A stretch of 64,000 nucleotides of DNA from positions 1,472,001 through 1,536,000 of the forward strand of contig CAVXXK010000001.1 in NCBI GenBank assembly GCA_963765675.1, written 5' to 3'. Below are positions 48,201 to 57,949 of this stretch, piece after piece. Under the pieces are notes generated by a model, which was given only the letters and a program-made list of their open reading frames with translations, had not been told where the DNA came from and did no database searches. The DNA comes from an uncultured delta proteobacterium (GTDB lineage: Bacteria > Desulfobacterota > Binatia > Binatales > Binataceae). Every line of letters starts with the position of its first letter. Positions within the stretch are counted from its first letter, which is position 1. The translations under genes and the position numbers were made by a program.

Positions 48201-49051
48201 AAATGCACCTGCAGCGCGCACGAAAAGGTTCCCTGCGAAATTTTCACCGGTAGCTTGCGCGGCACGTAGCCGACGTAGCGCGGGATATCGAGGCGATGGA
48301 GGTCGAGCTCGACGATCGAATCTCGGGTCGCGCCGAAGGGTTTGCTCTGTCCGCCGATCCGCACCGGAGTTCCATCCACGTCCATCTGCAAAAGCGGCTG
48401 GACGAATATATCGACGTCGCGCGGCAGGTTGGCGATAAACGGAATCCCAACCTGCAGGTGCTCGATCGAATGTTTTTGTCCAACCACCTGATCGTCCAGA
48501 TGCAGGTCGCCGTTGGTCAGCTTGATGTTCGAAACCGAAAATCTTTGCGGCTTTGAGGGCGCCTCCACCGGCTTTGGCGGAGCTTTCGATTCGAGCAAAT
48601 CCGAGAAGTTGAAGCGCTGCGGCGCGATACGAACGATATGGATCGAAGGGTGATCGAGCGAGAGTTGTCCTACAACCGGTGCCAGCCGAAACAGCGAGCT
48701 CCACGCGATTTTCAGGTTCAGATGTCCGAGATCGACGAACGGCTTCTGTGGGTCGGTATCGCCGACATGCAGCCGATCGACATTCAGACGCAAGGTATAG
48801 GGATTGAAACTTATCGCGCCGACCGTGACGGGCCGTTTGATTTGCGTGGCGACCGGTCCGGTCAGGATGTGGCGCAAAATCGGGGGCACCGCGAAGAAAC
48901 CGGCTACCCCATACAGAAAGATTACGGCGATAATCGCGATACCGATGCGACGCGCGCGCCGAGTCCGCCCAAACGCCATCGCGCGGGCGAACCATGCTCG
49001 GGCGTGCTCTGGAGCGGCCCTAAGGACGTCGCGCATCCACGGTACCCCCAA
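45284..49051 (-). CDS. DUF748 (AsmA-like beta-groove repeat) protein with OmpA-like C-terminal domain
   Basis: YGVAGFFAVP, FNPYTL, RFNFSDL, LSDFYSRII, LAVSLLKNSKGEIDVDVPVSGSL.DPQFS, F.PGS..L, LADARANAVRAYL. Confidence 0.85.
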   Translation of the reverse strand: MGVPWMRDVLRAAPEHARAWFARAMAFGRTRRARRIGIAIIAVIFLYGVAGFFAVPPILRHILTGPVATQIKRPVTVGAISFNPYTLRLNVDRLHVGDTDPQKPFVDLGHLNLKIAWSSLFRLAPVVGQLSLDHPSIHIVRIAPQRFNFSDLLESKAPPKPVEAPSKPQRFSVSNIKLTNGDLHLDDQVVGQKHSIEHLQVGIPFIANLPRDVDIFVQPLLQMDVDGTPVRIGGQSKPFGATRDSIVELDLHRLDIPRYVGYVPRKLPVKISQGTFSCALQVHFVSKDTGPVIAIVGEAAIDQLDVRDLSDAPIAALQHAMTTLDDVEPLRGRFHLGKIRIDGLAANLVRNHDGTINLTSLNGPNSAPASSASPAAPVAATAVEASSTAPAAPPDVSIDSFEMAQSSVKVTDNTGATPAIVSISPIHAQLGYFSLTSAAAASYGLTASLGGGGSIDVKGAVDYAHKQATSTVTIDQIDLPALQAFAQSILAAKVTSGKLSASANVKTDFSSSFNVHAEPASVSLDSFALSTSNGRDKPLQWDKLSVAIGQVDLASRQATINEIRTDGIRVSVIRERDGKLSLLDLLAKPAPPPRPRRETAAERRERERLERERRERERVERERQRRRPEQAKAPVAKPWQFRIASIAIEKTDAQIEDASAPRAVKIAFSPLNIHLKDVTSDFAKPFSVDLDGSLNRRGTIKVTGTAAIAPLKANLRVVTQRLDLSSADPYVSGHLNATIKSALLTMNGAVGLAQERKNLRITYRGDVTVADLATLDKLTSEPFLRWRALSVSRIDADFGAGPPKVHIGAVALSDFYSRIILNQTGKLNLKDITANPNAAPKSLTEAQPQEQAPAAEAAPSSPTGQPIPADIALGRITLQGGKIDYSDFFIQPNYTANLTGITGKVGAFGTRSTSPADVELHGQVNGSAPIEITGSVNPLAPTAYVDVKANADGIELTGLTAYSTRYTGYPITKGTLTVNVHYTLDQGNLTADNHIFIDQLTFGDRVANSTATNLPIRLAVSLLKNSKGEIDVDVPVSGSLKDPQFSIGSVILHAFMNLIVKAATSPFSLLSSAFGGGKQDLSYVEFAPGSAALSADSKSKLDTLIQALQERTGLKVNIEGRVDPALDREGLIDQAMKAQKLKDTGGPSGDLASVKIAPAEYDKYLTRAYKAAKFKKPTNFLGLDKSLPPDEMKKQMIAATSDSDLRALADARANAVRAYLSAKIDPARLFLIAPKLNADGIKDQGKTTRVDMALQ

Positions 49052-49234
49052 TTCGGCATCCGGAGACTATGACGATGCCGGAGGCCATCGTAGGCAAATA
49101 CCGGTTTCATAGCCATCACGGACCGATCCATTCCTATACGCCGCCGCTTTCAAAGATCGGCGCGAGCGTGCTTTAGATATTAGATTAGGATAATGCGCCG
49201 CCGATCGGACCATGCCGATACGGCAGGCGAAGGG

Positions 49235-52200
49235 ATGACGGCAGTTCCTATGCTTGCGAAGAATCTTCTAATCGCCAATCGTGGCGAAATAGCGATCCGG
49301 ATTATCCGCGCGGCCGCCGAACTTGGTATCCGCACAGTTGCGATATTCTCCAGCGACGACTCCTCCTCCTTGCATATACGCAGGGCCGACGATGCGCGGG
49401 CGCTGCGCGGCGCCGGGGTAGGGGCATATCTCGACGCCGAACAGATCGTCGCTGCGGCGAAAGACGCGGGCTGCGACGCGATCCATCCAGGCTACGGCTT
49501 CCTGAGTGAGAACGCGGAATTCGCGCGCCGATGCGCCGCCGCGGGAATCTGTTTCGTCGGGCCGCGCCCGGAAATATTGGAACTGTTTGGCGACAAGTTG
49601 CAGGCGCGCGCGTTGGCGCAGCGCTGCGGAGTGCCGGTCCTGCGCGGCACAATCGCCGCCACCAGTCTCGATGAAGCGCGAGACTTCTTTGCGGCGCTCG
49701 GCCACGGCGCAGCGATCATGATCAAGGCGGTTGCGGGCGGAGGCGGGCGCGGGATGCGGGCTGTTCATCGCGCTGCCGATATCGAACAGGCTTTCGCCCG
49801 ATGCCAATCCGAAGCGCGCAGCGCGTTCGGAAACGGTGACGTATACGTCGAGCAACTGATGCCACGTGCGCGCCACCTTGAAGTGCAGATCGTCGGTGAC
49901 GGCTCGGGCGATGTGGTCCACCTCTACGAACGCGAATGCACCATCCAGCGACGAAATCAGAAGATCCTCGAGGTCGCGCCGAGCCCGAGTATCAGCGCCG
50001 AGACTCGCGATCGTCTGACCGGTGCCGCCGTGCGAATCGCGCGCGAGGTTCGTTACGACAGTCTCGGCACCTTCGAGTTTCTGCTTGATGCGAGCAGAGC
50101 GTCCGACGGTGCGGGCGAGAATGCGGCGTTTGCATTTATCGAGGCAAATCCGCGCCTGCAGGTCGAGCATACGGTGACGGAAGAGGTTACCGGCGTCGAT
50201 CTGGTCAAGGTTCAGTTGCAGCTCGCCGGCGGAATGCGGCTCGGCGAGCTCGGTCTGACTCAGACGACAATTACGCCGCCGCGCGGATTTGCAATCCAGG
50301 CGCGAATTAACGCCGAAACCATGACCACGGACGGTGGCGCGAAGCCTGCTGGGCGGTACGCTCGGAGCGTTTGAGGTTCCATCGGGTCCGGGGTTGCGTG
50401 TCGATACATTCGGGTACACCGGCTACACCACCAATCCGCGCTTCGACTCGCTGATCGCGAAATTGATCGCGCATTCGCCGAGCGGTGATTTCGCCGATGC
50501 CGTCAATCGAACCTATCGCGCGCTGTGCGAGTTCAGGATCGAGGGCGTCGCGACCAATATCGGATTTCTCCAGAACCTCCTGCGGCATCCGGAGTTTGCC
50601 GCGAACCGGACTCATACTCGTTTCGTCGAGGAGAATGCAGGGGAGCTGACAGGCGCGCAGCCTTCCGCGCATCGCAGGCTGTTTTTCGAACGCGCTTCGG
50701 CGCCGTCAGCGGGCCGAGCTGGAGCCGGAGCAAAAATCGATACCAGCGATCCGCTCGCTGTCCTTCATCACGGAAAATCCGAGGGTGGCGCGTATGCCGC
50801 CTCTTCCGCGAGCCTCGGTTGACGCCGAGCCGGCGCCGCTGGCTCACACGATCGAGGGACCCGAAGGCACGGTTGCCGTCGTGGCGCCGATGCAGGGTAC
50901 GATCGTTTCTATCGATACGCACGAGGGCGATACGGTGCTCCGCGGTCAGCAGCTTCTGGTGATGGAAGCGATGAAGATGGAGCACGTTATCGCCGCGCAG
51001 GTTAGCGGAATAGTGCGCCAAATCGCGGTTGCAAAGGGCGACGCCATCTTCGAAGGACATCCGTTGATTTTTATCGAAGAATCAAAGGTCGAGGATTCCG
51101 CCGCCGCTGCCGCGGAGCAGATCGATTTCGATCGAATCCGTCCTGACCTGGCTGAAGTGCAAGAACGCCACGCGGTTGGGCTTGATCCCGCGCGTCCCGA
51201 CGCGGTCGCGCGCCGCCGCAAGACGCATCAGCGTACCGCGCGCGAGAACGTCGACGATTTGTGCGATCCCGGCACTTACATCGAGTACGGCTCAATTGTG
51301 ATCGCGGCGCAACGCCGCCGCCGCGCGCTCGACGATCTGATCAAGCGCACTCCGGCCGACGGAATGATTGCAGGGATTGGCCGCGTCAACGGCGACCTGT
51401 TCGACGACGCGCGCGCTCAGTGCGTGCTGATGTCGTACGACTACACCGTGCTCGCCGGCACCCAGGGCCAGCAGAACCATCGCAAGAAAGACAGAATGTT
51501 CGAAATCGCGGAGCGGATGCGCCTGCCGGTCGTGTTCTTCACCGAGGGCGGCGGCGGCCGTCCCGGCGATACCGACGGCGTCGGCGTTGCCGGTCTCGAT
51601 TGCATGGCGTTTCAGTACTGGGGGCAGCTAAGCGGACTGGTGCCGTTGGTCGGGATCAACTCTGGGCGATGCTTTGCCGGAAATGCGGCGCTGCTCGGAT
51701 GCTGCGACGTGGTGATCGCGACGGAGAACTCAAATATCGGAATGGGCGGCCCCGCGATGATCGAAGGCGGCGGGCTCGGGATCTTCCGGCCCGAGGAAGT
51801 CGGCCCGATGAGCGTGCAGGTGGCAAACGGCGTCGTCGATATTCCGGTGAAGGACGAAGCGAGCGCGGTGCAAGCCGCCAAACGCTACCTTTCGTATTTT
51901 CAGGGACCGACGCGCAAATGGGAGTGCGCTGACCAGCGGATCCTGCGCGCGATAATTCCGGAGAACCGGTTGCGCATCTACGATGTGCGCAAAGTTATCG
52001 AGACGCTTGCCGACACGGGGTCGGTGCTCGAACTAAGGCGCAACTTCGGGCTCGGTATGGTCACGGCGCTGGTCAGAATCGAGGGGCGCCCGCTTGGCAT
52101 CGTCGCGAACAATCCGACGCATCTGGCCGGCGCGATCGATTCGAGCGGCGCGGACAAAGCCGCCCGCTTCATGCAGCTTTGCGACGCGTTCGATATCCCG

Positions 52201-52692
52201 CTCCTGTTCCTGTGCGATACCCCCGGAATCATGGTCGGGCCCGAAGTCGAAAAGACCGCGCTGGTTCGGCATGCGGCGCGGATGTTCGTGACCGGCGCGA
52301 GTATCACAGTTCCGTTCTTCACGATCATTTTGCGCAAAGGCTATGGACTCGGCGCGCAAGCGATGGCGGGCGGGAGCTTCAAGGCTCCTGTCTTTACCGT
52401 CTCCTGGCCGACCGGCGAGTTCGGCGGGATGGGCCTGGAAGGTGCGGTCAAGCTCGGCTATCGCAATGAGCTCGCGGCCGAGCAGGATCCCGCCAAGCGC
52501 AAGGCGCTATTCGATGAGATGGTCGCGCGGATGTATGCGCACGGGAAGGCGGTCAACACCGCCTCGCATTTCGAAATCGATGACGTTATCGATCCGCTGG
52601 AATCGCGCCGCTGGATCATGGCTGGTCTGAAATCCGCGCCGCCGCCAGCACCCCGAACCGGCAAGAAACGCCCATGCATCGATACGTGGTAA
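49235..52692 (+). CDS. Single-chain biotin-dependent acyl-CoA carboxylase (BC-BCCP-CT), split by two +1 frameshifts (~50352, ~50790-50818)
   Basis: LIANRGEIA, HPGYGFLSE, GGGGRG, EANPRLQVEH; FDSLIAK; EAMKM biotinyl motif; CT motifs DYTVLAGT, EGGGGR, GMGGPAM, CDTPG. Confidence 0.9.
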
Positions 52693-52708
52693 TCAACGAA
52701 CGCCGCGC

Positions 52709-54409
52709 TCAGTCGTAAATCCAGGATGCGGCCGTGATTCCCACGATGAGGTAGGCGACCCCGAGGCCAAAGGTCGCAATCGTTGGCCAGACGATTGCGC
52801 TGGCCGGAAGACCGCGAATCATCAGATCGTTGAAGGACTGCATCACCCAGGTGGTCGGCAGCCACTGCGCCATCGTGCGCATCCATCCGGGTTCGAAATC
52901 GATCGGCCACCAGCATCCGCCGATCGCTGACATCGCCATGCTGACGACCGCGCCAAACGCCATGACCGAGTCGTGCGTACGCGCGATGCAGGCGATGATC
53001 AGGCCGAACGCGGAGCCCGCGAACGCGATTGCGGCAGCCGGAACCAGCAGCATCAGCGGATCACTCCCGAGCGAGATGCCGAAGAGCCACCATCCGATCG
53101 CGAACAGCAAAATCATTTGCGCCAGGCCGATCAGGAAGCGCGACAGGAGCTTGCCGACGAGCGTTCCTGCCAGTGGCGCTCCACTGACGCGCAGCCGCGC
53201 AAGCGTGCCCCAATCGCGCTCATCGATTAGGCCCAGCGAAATTCCCATCAGCATCCCGATCAGCAGAAATGTGACCCCGAAACCGGGGACGTATTGATCG
53301 AATGCGTTTACTTGCGTCGTACCGCTGCCGGCCGATAGCTCGGTCCATCCCAGAGCGCCCGGAAGCGTCGGTGTCGCCGTGGTCGAAAGAGATTTGATTT
53401 CTGCGCTGAAATCGGGAGTTGCGAGCGAAGGGATCGCGACGTTCGTGATCGACAGTTTGGGGAGCGTGAGAGCCGGCAGCGCGGGCGTAGGGATTGAAAT
53501 TTCGAGCGGCTTCGATAGCTCGGCCAACTGCGCCTCGGTTGGAGGCGCGGGAAAGGCGGGTGGCGGCGGAATCTCACTGCTGTGCGATCCGGCTGCGGTT
53601 TTGAGGTCGGCGAGCCATCGGTTGAACTCGCGCTCGCTCGCCTGCAGCGCGAGCAAATATTCGCGGACCGCGTTCAACGCGTCGCGCCGCGGCGCGAGCG
53701 AGTTCTCGATCGCGGTTTTGGTCGCGGCTTCCGAGCGCTCCGCGGCCGCGCGCGTCTGTGCCTCCAGGCCGGCAACGGCACTGCGAAGTTGCGCATCGAG
53801 TTCGTGCCCAACTGCGTCCCGACGTGCCATGCCTTCGCGGCGATAGCGCTCGCCCGCGTTTTGCGCCGCAGTTACCTGCGTGGCGAGGTCTTTCAGCCGC
53901 GCCCGCAGCTCCGTGCCTGCCGCTCCGATTCGTGCGCGAGCGGCGTCTTGTGCGTGTGCGGTGATTTCCGCGCACATCCTGCCGAGCTGCAGCTCGAGCC
54001 CCGCTACTTCGATTCGTTTGATCGGATCGACATAGAGCACAATCTGCACGCTGTTCCCGGCCTCGAGCGCGGCGCTGGTGCCTGCGGGAATCAGGATCGC
54101 AAGCGGAGCGCGGCTGCGATGACCAACGATCGCGCGTGCGGCGGCCACGCTTGGGACAATCGCGAGCCTCACTGCGGGCTCGCGTGTGAGTGCCGCGACG
54201 ACGGCCTGCGCAACTGCTCCGTGATCCTGATCGATGAAAGGGATGTCGTATGAGTGTGCGTAAGAGCTCGCGCCGTAGATGTTGCCGAGCGAGAATCCTG
54301 CCACCGCGATAATCACGATCGGAGCCAGCAGCAGCATCGACAGGCCGATCCGGTCTTTCGCCAGCAGTCGGAACTCGTTCAGGAAGATCAGACGGACTGT
54401 TCGGAGCAT
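52709..54409 (-). CDS. ABC-2 type exporter permease with a large extracytoplasmic helical/Pro-rich insert
   Basis: N-terminal TM, QYVPGF, ERDWGTLARL, GK, GGCWWP, PTTW. Confidence 0.88.
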   Translation of the reverse strand: MLRTVRLIFLNEFRLLAKDRIGLSMLLLAPIVIIAVAGFSLGNIYGASSYAHSYDIPFIDQDHGAVAQAVVAALTREPAVRLAIVPSVAAARAIVGHRSRAPLAILIPAGTSAALEAGNSVQIVLYVDPIKRIEVAGLELQLGRMCAEITAHAQDAARARIGAAGTELRARLKDLATQVTAAQNAGERYRREGMARRDAVGHELDAQLRSAVAGLEAQTRAAAERSEAATKTAIENSLAPRRDALNAVREYLLALQASEREFNRWLADLKTAAGSHSSEIPPPPAFPAPPTEAQLAELSKPLEISIPTPALPALTLPKLSITNVAIPSLATPDFSAEIKSLSTTATPTLPGALGWTELSAGSGTTQVNAFDQYVPGFGVTFLLIGMLMGISLGLIDERDWGTLARLRVSGAPLAGTLVGKLLSRFLIGLAQMILLFAIGWWLFGISLGSDPLMLLVPAAAIAFAGSAFGLIIACIARTHDSVMAFGAVVSMAMSAIGGCWWPIDFEPGWMRTMAQWLPTTWVMQSFNDLMIRGLPASAIVWPTIATFGLGVAYLIVGITAASWIYD

Positions 54410-54412
54410 CGT

Positions 54413-55363
54413 TTATCGCCCCCCGGGTACGTCTTCGCGCAACGCATGTCCGGTCAGCGCGATAAAGGCGTCGGAGAGATTGGGGCTGTGAACGCTGAAT
54501 TCCATCACGCGGCCCCCAATGGCGCGAATCCGCTCCAGGATTTCGCTCACCTGTGCGACGCTTGAGAGTTCGAGGTCGAATTTGCCGTCGATGCGCGCTC
54601 GCGCGAGCTCCTTCACTCCTTCGATCCCTGCGCTCCAGCCGCCGGCTGGCGGTTCCTGAAACGCGATTTCCATCCGCGGATGACGTCCGCCGAGCGTGAT
54701 CAACTCGGCCACCGTGCCTCGCGCGACAGCGCGGCCATAATCAATAAGCAGTGCGCGATCGCAGATGCTCTCGACTTCTTCCATATAGTGCGTGCTGTAG
54801 ACGATTGCGGTGCCGGATTCAGCCGCACCTTTAACTGTCAGCAAAATTTGCTCGCGCGATTGCGGATCGACGCCGACGGTCGGCTCGTCGAGTAGCAGTA
54901 TTTCGGGCCGATGGACCATCGCGCAGGCAAGATTGAGGCGCCGTTTCATTCCGCCGGAGAGAATTGAGACCGGATCGTGCGCTCGTGAACCAAGGCCCAC
55001 AGCCTCGAGCGCGTCGGCGGATGCGGCGGCGGCCTGGCGTTTACCGGCGCCATGAATTCGCGCGAAGAGCTCGAGATTTTGCCGTGCGCTCAAAGTGGGA
55101 TAGAGCGCAATCATCTGCGGAACGTAGCCGAGCTTGCGCCGCAGCGCCTCTCGATCACGTGCCGATGAAAGGCCGGCCAAGCTTACCGTTCCCGAATCGG
55201 GTTCGAGCAGAGTAGCGAGAATCGAAAGCGTGGTGGTCTTGCCCGCGCCATTGGGCCCGAGCAGCCCGACGATCTCACCGCGTTCGACGCTCAGGCTGAC
55301 CCCGTCGAGCGCAACGCGTTCCCCGTAGCTCTTGCGAAGTTCGGTGGCTTCCAGTGCGTTCAT
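54413..55363 (-). CDS. ABC-2 exporter ATP-binding protein
   Basis: GPNGAGKTT, LSGGMKRR, LLLDEPTVGVDPQSR, STHYMEE. Confidence 0.95.
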   Translation of the reverse strand: MNALEATELRKSYGERVALDGVSLSVERGEIVGLLGPNGAGKTTTLSILATLLEPDSGTVSLAGLSSARDREALRRKLGYVPQMIALYPTLSARQNLELFARIHGAGKRQAAAASADALEAVGLGSRAHDPVSILSGGMKRRLNLACAMVHRPEILLLDEPTVGVDPQSREQILLTVKGAAESGTAIVYSTHYMEEVESICDRALLIDYGRAVARGTVAELITLGGRHPRMEIAFQEPPAGGWSAGIEGVKELARARIDGKFDLELSSVAQVSEILERIRAIGGRVMEFSVHSPNLSDAFIALTGHALREDVPGGR

Positions 55364-55679
55364 GGTCCGCGTCTATTCGCGCGCGGTGGAGATGACTTTT
55401 TGTAGTGGGCGTTCACCAGATGGAGAAAATCTAGCCGCCGCGCGATTACGCACGCAACCATTTGGGATGTCGCCTCTTTTCGGGATCAGGAAATCGTAAC
55501 GAATGGTTGTCTTTAATAGTCAGAGTCGCTAAGTCCTTGTGTCCCAGTGAGTCTCGCATCGCGAACGCGCTGGCTTCTGAATTATTTTCGTCTGACTCGG
55601 CCCGCGATATGGACTACCGTAAAGACAATGGTTCGCTGGACTCATGGTTGCTGACTGGTCTCTGCGACGGAGTGATTGC

Positions 55680-56732
55680 ATGAGAATTGCCGGTGTGGCG
55701 AGTGAATTTCCGAAACACTCGTATCCGCAGGAAGTGATTACCGCCGCGCTCAAACAGCATTGGGGCGCGAAACTGGATCGGCCGGGCTTGATTGAAAGAC
55801 TGCACTCGCGCGCATTAGTCAAGCGCCGTCATCTTGCCTACCCGATCGAGCGCTATGCAAAGTTCCAGAACTGGGGCGAGACTAACGCCGCGTGGATCGA
55901 AGCCGCCGAGACACTAGGCGCGGCCGCGGTCGATCGCGCGCTTGAACGAGCGGGCATGCGGCGCAGTGATTTGGACGCACTTTACGTAGTCTCGATTACC
56001 GGGGTCGCCAGCCCTTCCCTCGACGCGAAGCTGATCAATCGGATGGGCCTGCGTCCCGACTTGAAGCGCACGCCGATATTCGGCGTCGGATGCGTCGGCG
56101 GAGCAATCGGGCTTACCCGGGCGGCTGACTATGTGCATGGTTTTCCGAATCAGGTCGCGGCGATTCTCTCGGTCGAACTTTGCTCGCTCACGATCCAGCG
56201 CGACGACATTTCTACCGTCAACCTGATTTCAAGCGGTCTGTTTGGCGACGGTGCCGTCGCGGCGATTCTCGCAGGGCGCGAGAGATTGCCGAATCTCCAT
56301 CCCGAGATCGTCAGCACGCGATCGGTCTTTTATCCCGGCACGGAAGACATCATGGGCTGGGACATTTCTGAAAAAGGATTCACGATAGTTCTGTCTCCGA
56401 AGCTGCCCGATCTGATTCGATGCCGCCTCGCGGGCGATGTCGACGCGTTCCTGCGCGACAACGGCCTTGCGCGCGGCGATCTTGGCAGTTGGGTAATTCA
56501 TCCGGGCGGTCCCAAGGTGCTCGAAGCGGTCGAATCCGCACTCGGATTGCGCGATCGCGAGCTTGCAGCCTCGTGGGATTGTCTAAGTCAGGTCGGCAAT
56601 CTGTCGTCAGCGTCGGTGCTGTGCGTGCTCGAAGAGACAATCGAGCGTCGGCGGCCCGCGTCCGGAACGATGGGTCTGATTCTCGCGATGGGGCCCGGCT
56701 TCTGCTCCGAGATGCTGCTGGTCCGATGGTAG
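55680..56732 (+). CDS. Type III polyketide synthase (chalcone synthase-like, SrsA/BpsA/Pks10-like)
   Basis: Catalytic Cys (GVGCVGG), His (HPGGPKV), Asn (GNLSS); VELCSL, LFGDG, MGPGF. Confidence 0.93.
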   Translation: MRIAGVASEFPKHSYPQEVITAALKQHWGAKLDRPGLIERLHSRALVKRRHLAYPIERYAKFQNWGETNAAWIEAAETLGAAAVDRALERAGMRRSDLDALYVVSITGVASPSLDAKLINRMGLRPDLKRTPIFGVGCVGGAIGLTRAADYVHGFPNQVAAILSVELCSLTIQRDDISTVNLISSGLFGDGAVAAILAGRERLPNLHPEIVSTRSVFYPGTEDIMGWDISEKGFTIVLSPKLPDLIRCRLAGDVDAFLRDNGLARGDLGSWVIHPGGPKVLEAVESALGLRDRELAASWDCLSQVGNLSSASVLCVLEETIERRRPASGTMGLILAMGPGFCSEMLLVRW

Positions 56733-57871
56733 GCGCAGCCGAACGCGCAACTGACGTCTTCGTGATCGGCGGCGGACCCGCAGGGCTTGCGGCTGCCCTG
56801 GCGGCGCGCGCTCGCGGATTTTCTGTGACACTAGCGGACAGCGCGCGTCCTCCAATTGACAAAGCATGCGGCGAAGGCGTGATGCCTCAAGGAGTCGTGG
56901 CGCTGCACCGGCTGGGAGTATCAATCGACCCGGCGGCCTCGCAGCCGTTCCAGGGAATCCGCTTCATCGAAAATGATCTGACGGCCGAAGCGCGCTTTGC
57001 GGGCGCGCATGGAGTTGGCATTCGGCGCATCGCGCTGCATCAGGCGATGGCTCAGGCGGCCGGCGAGCAGGGAGTGACGCTTCGATGGCGCTCCCATATC
57101 GACGCGATCTCCGAGCGAGGCGTTAGCGTGGATGGCGAGACGATCGCCTGCCGATGGATTGTCGGCGCTGACGGGCGCATGTCGCGCATCCGCGACTCGA
57201 TCCGGATCGCCACACCCGCGCGGGCCACGAGGCGAGTCGGTTTTCGCCAGCATTACCGCGTGCGGCCATGGAGCGATGTGGTCGAAGTGTATTGGCATCC
57301 ACTGGGACAAGCCTACGTCACTCCGGTCGGCCCGGAAGAAGTCTGTATCGCGATAACCGGGGCACGCAGCGCGCTGCGCATGGAGGAGCTGCCCCGCGTT
57401 TTCCCCGCGCTGGCGAAACATCTTGTCGGCGCGTCCGCCACGACTTCCGTGCGTGGCAGCGTCTCGGCGTCGCTCAGGCTTCGGGCGGTGATCAAGGGAC
57501 GTGTTGCATTGGTCGGAGACGCGTCGGGCTCGGTTGATTCGATAACCGGCGACGGTATCTCGCTCGCGCTGCGGCAATCGCTCGCGCTGGCCGACGCGAT
57601 GGCATGCGGCGACCTCGCGCTCTATCAGCGCGCGCACGCAAAGATTCTTCTGATGCCGCTCCTGATGGCGTGGGTGCTGGTGACGGTTGGGAAGCGCCGA
57701 TGGCTGCGCGCACGGGTGCTCGCCGCGCTGGCGGTACGCCCGCAAATTTTCTCGCGTCTGCTGGCGGTTCATGCCGGCGAGCTTTCGCCGCGCGCCGTCG
57801 GTCTGGATACGCTCGCCAGTCTTGGCTGGAACATGCTCGCCCAGCGCGCGCCGTACCGGCGTCTTTCGTAA
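56726..57871 (+). CDS. FAD-dependent oxidoreductase/monooxygenase (SrsC/geranylgeranyl reductase-like)
   Basis: IGGGPAG, DKACGEG, GADG..S, LVGDASG.VD.ITGDG; overlaps the PKS stop. Confidence 0.88.
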   Translation: MVGAAERATDVFVIGGGPAGLAAALAARARGFSVTLADSARPPIDKACGEGVMPQGVVALHRLGVSIDPAASQPFQGIRFIENDLTAEARFAGAHGVGIRRIALHQAMAQAAGEQGVTLRWRSHIDAISERGVSVDGETIACRWIVGADGRMSRIRDSIRIATPARATRRVGFRQHYRVRPWSDVVEVYWHPLGQAYVTPVGPEEVCIAITGARSALRMEELPRVFPALAKHLVGASATTSVRGSVSASLRLRAVIKGRVALVGDASGSVDSITGDGISLALRQSLALADAMACGDLALYQRAHAKILLMPLLMAWVLVTVGKRRWLRARVLAALAVRPQIFSRLLAVHAGELSPRAVGLDTLASLGWNMLAQRAPYRRLS

Positions 57872-57949
57872 GCCTTGTCGATGTGACGGTTATATCCATC
57901 TCCTCCGCACCGCCGGGTTTCTGCTAACCTTGCGCGCGGGAGCGCGACG

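Noticed and set aside
33939-50822. Programmed ribosomal frameshifting or selenocysteine read-through in the split genes
   Set aside because: No slippery heptamers; continuations are out of frame rather than across an in-frame TGA; uniform +1 insertions fit sequencing error.
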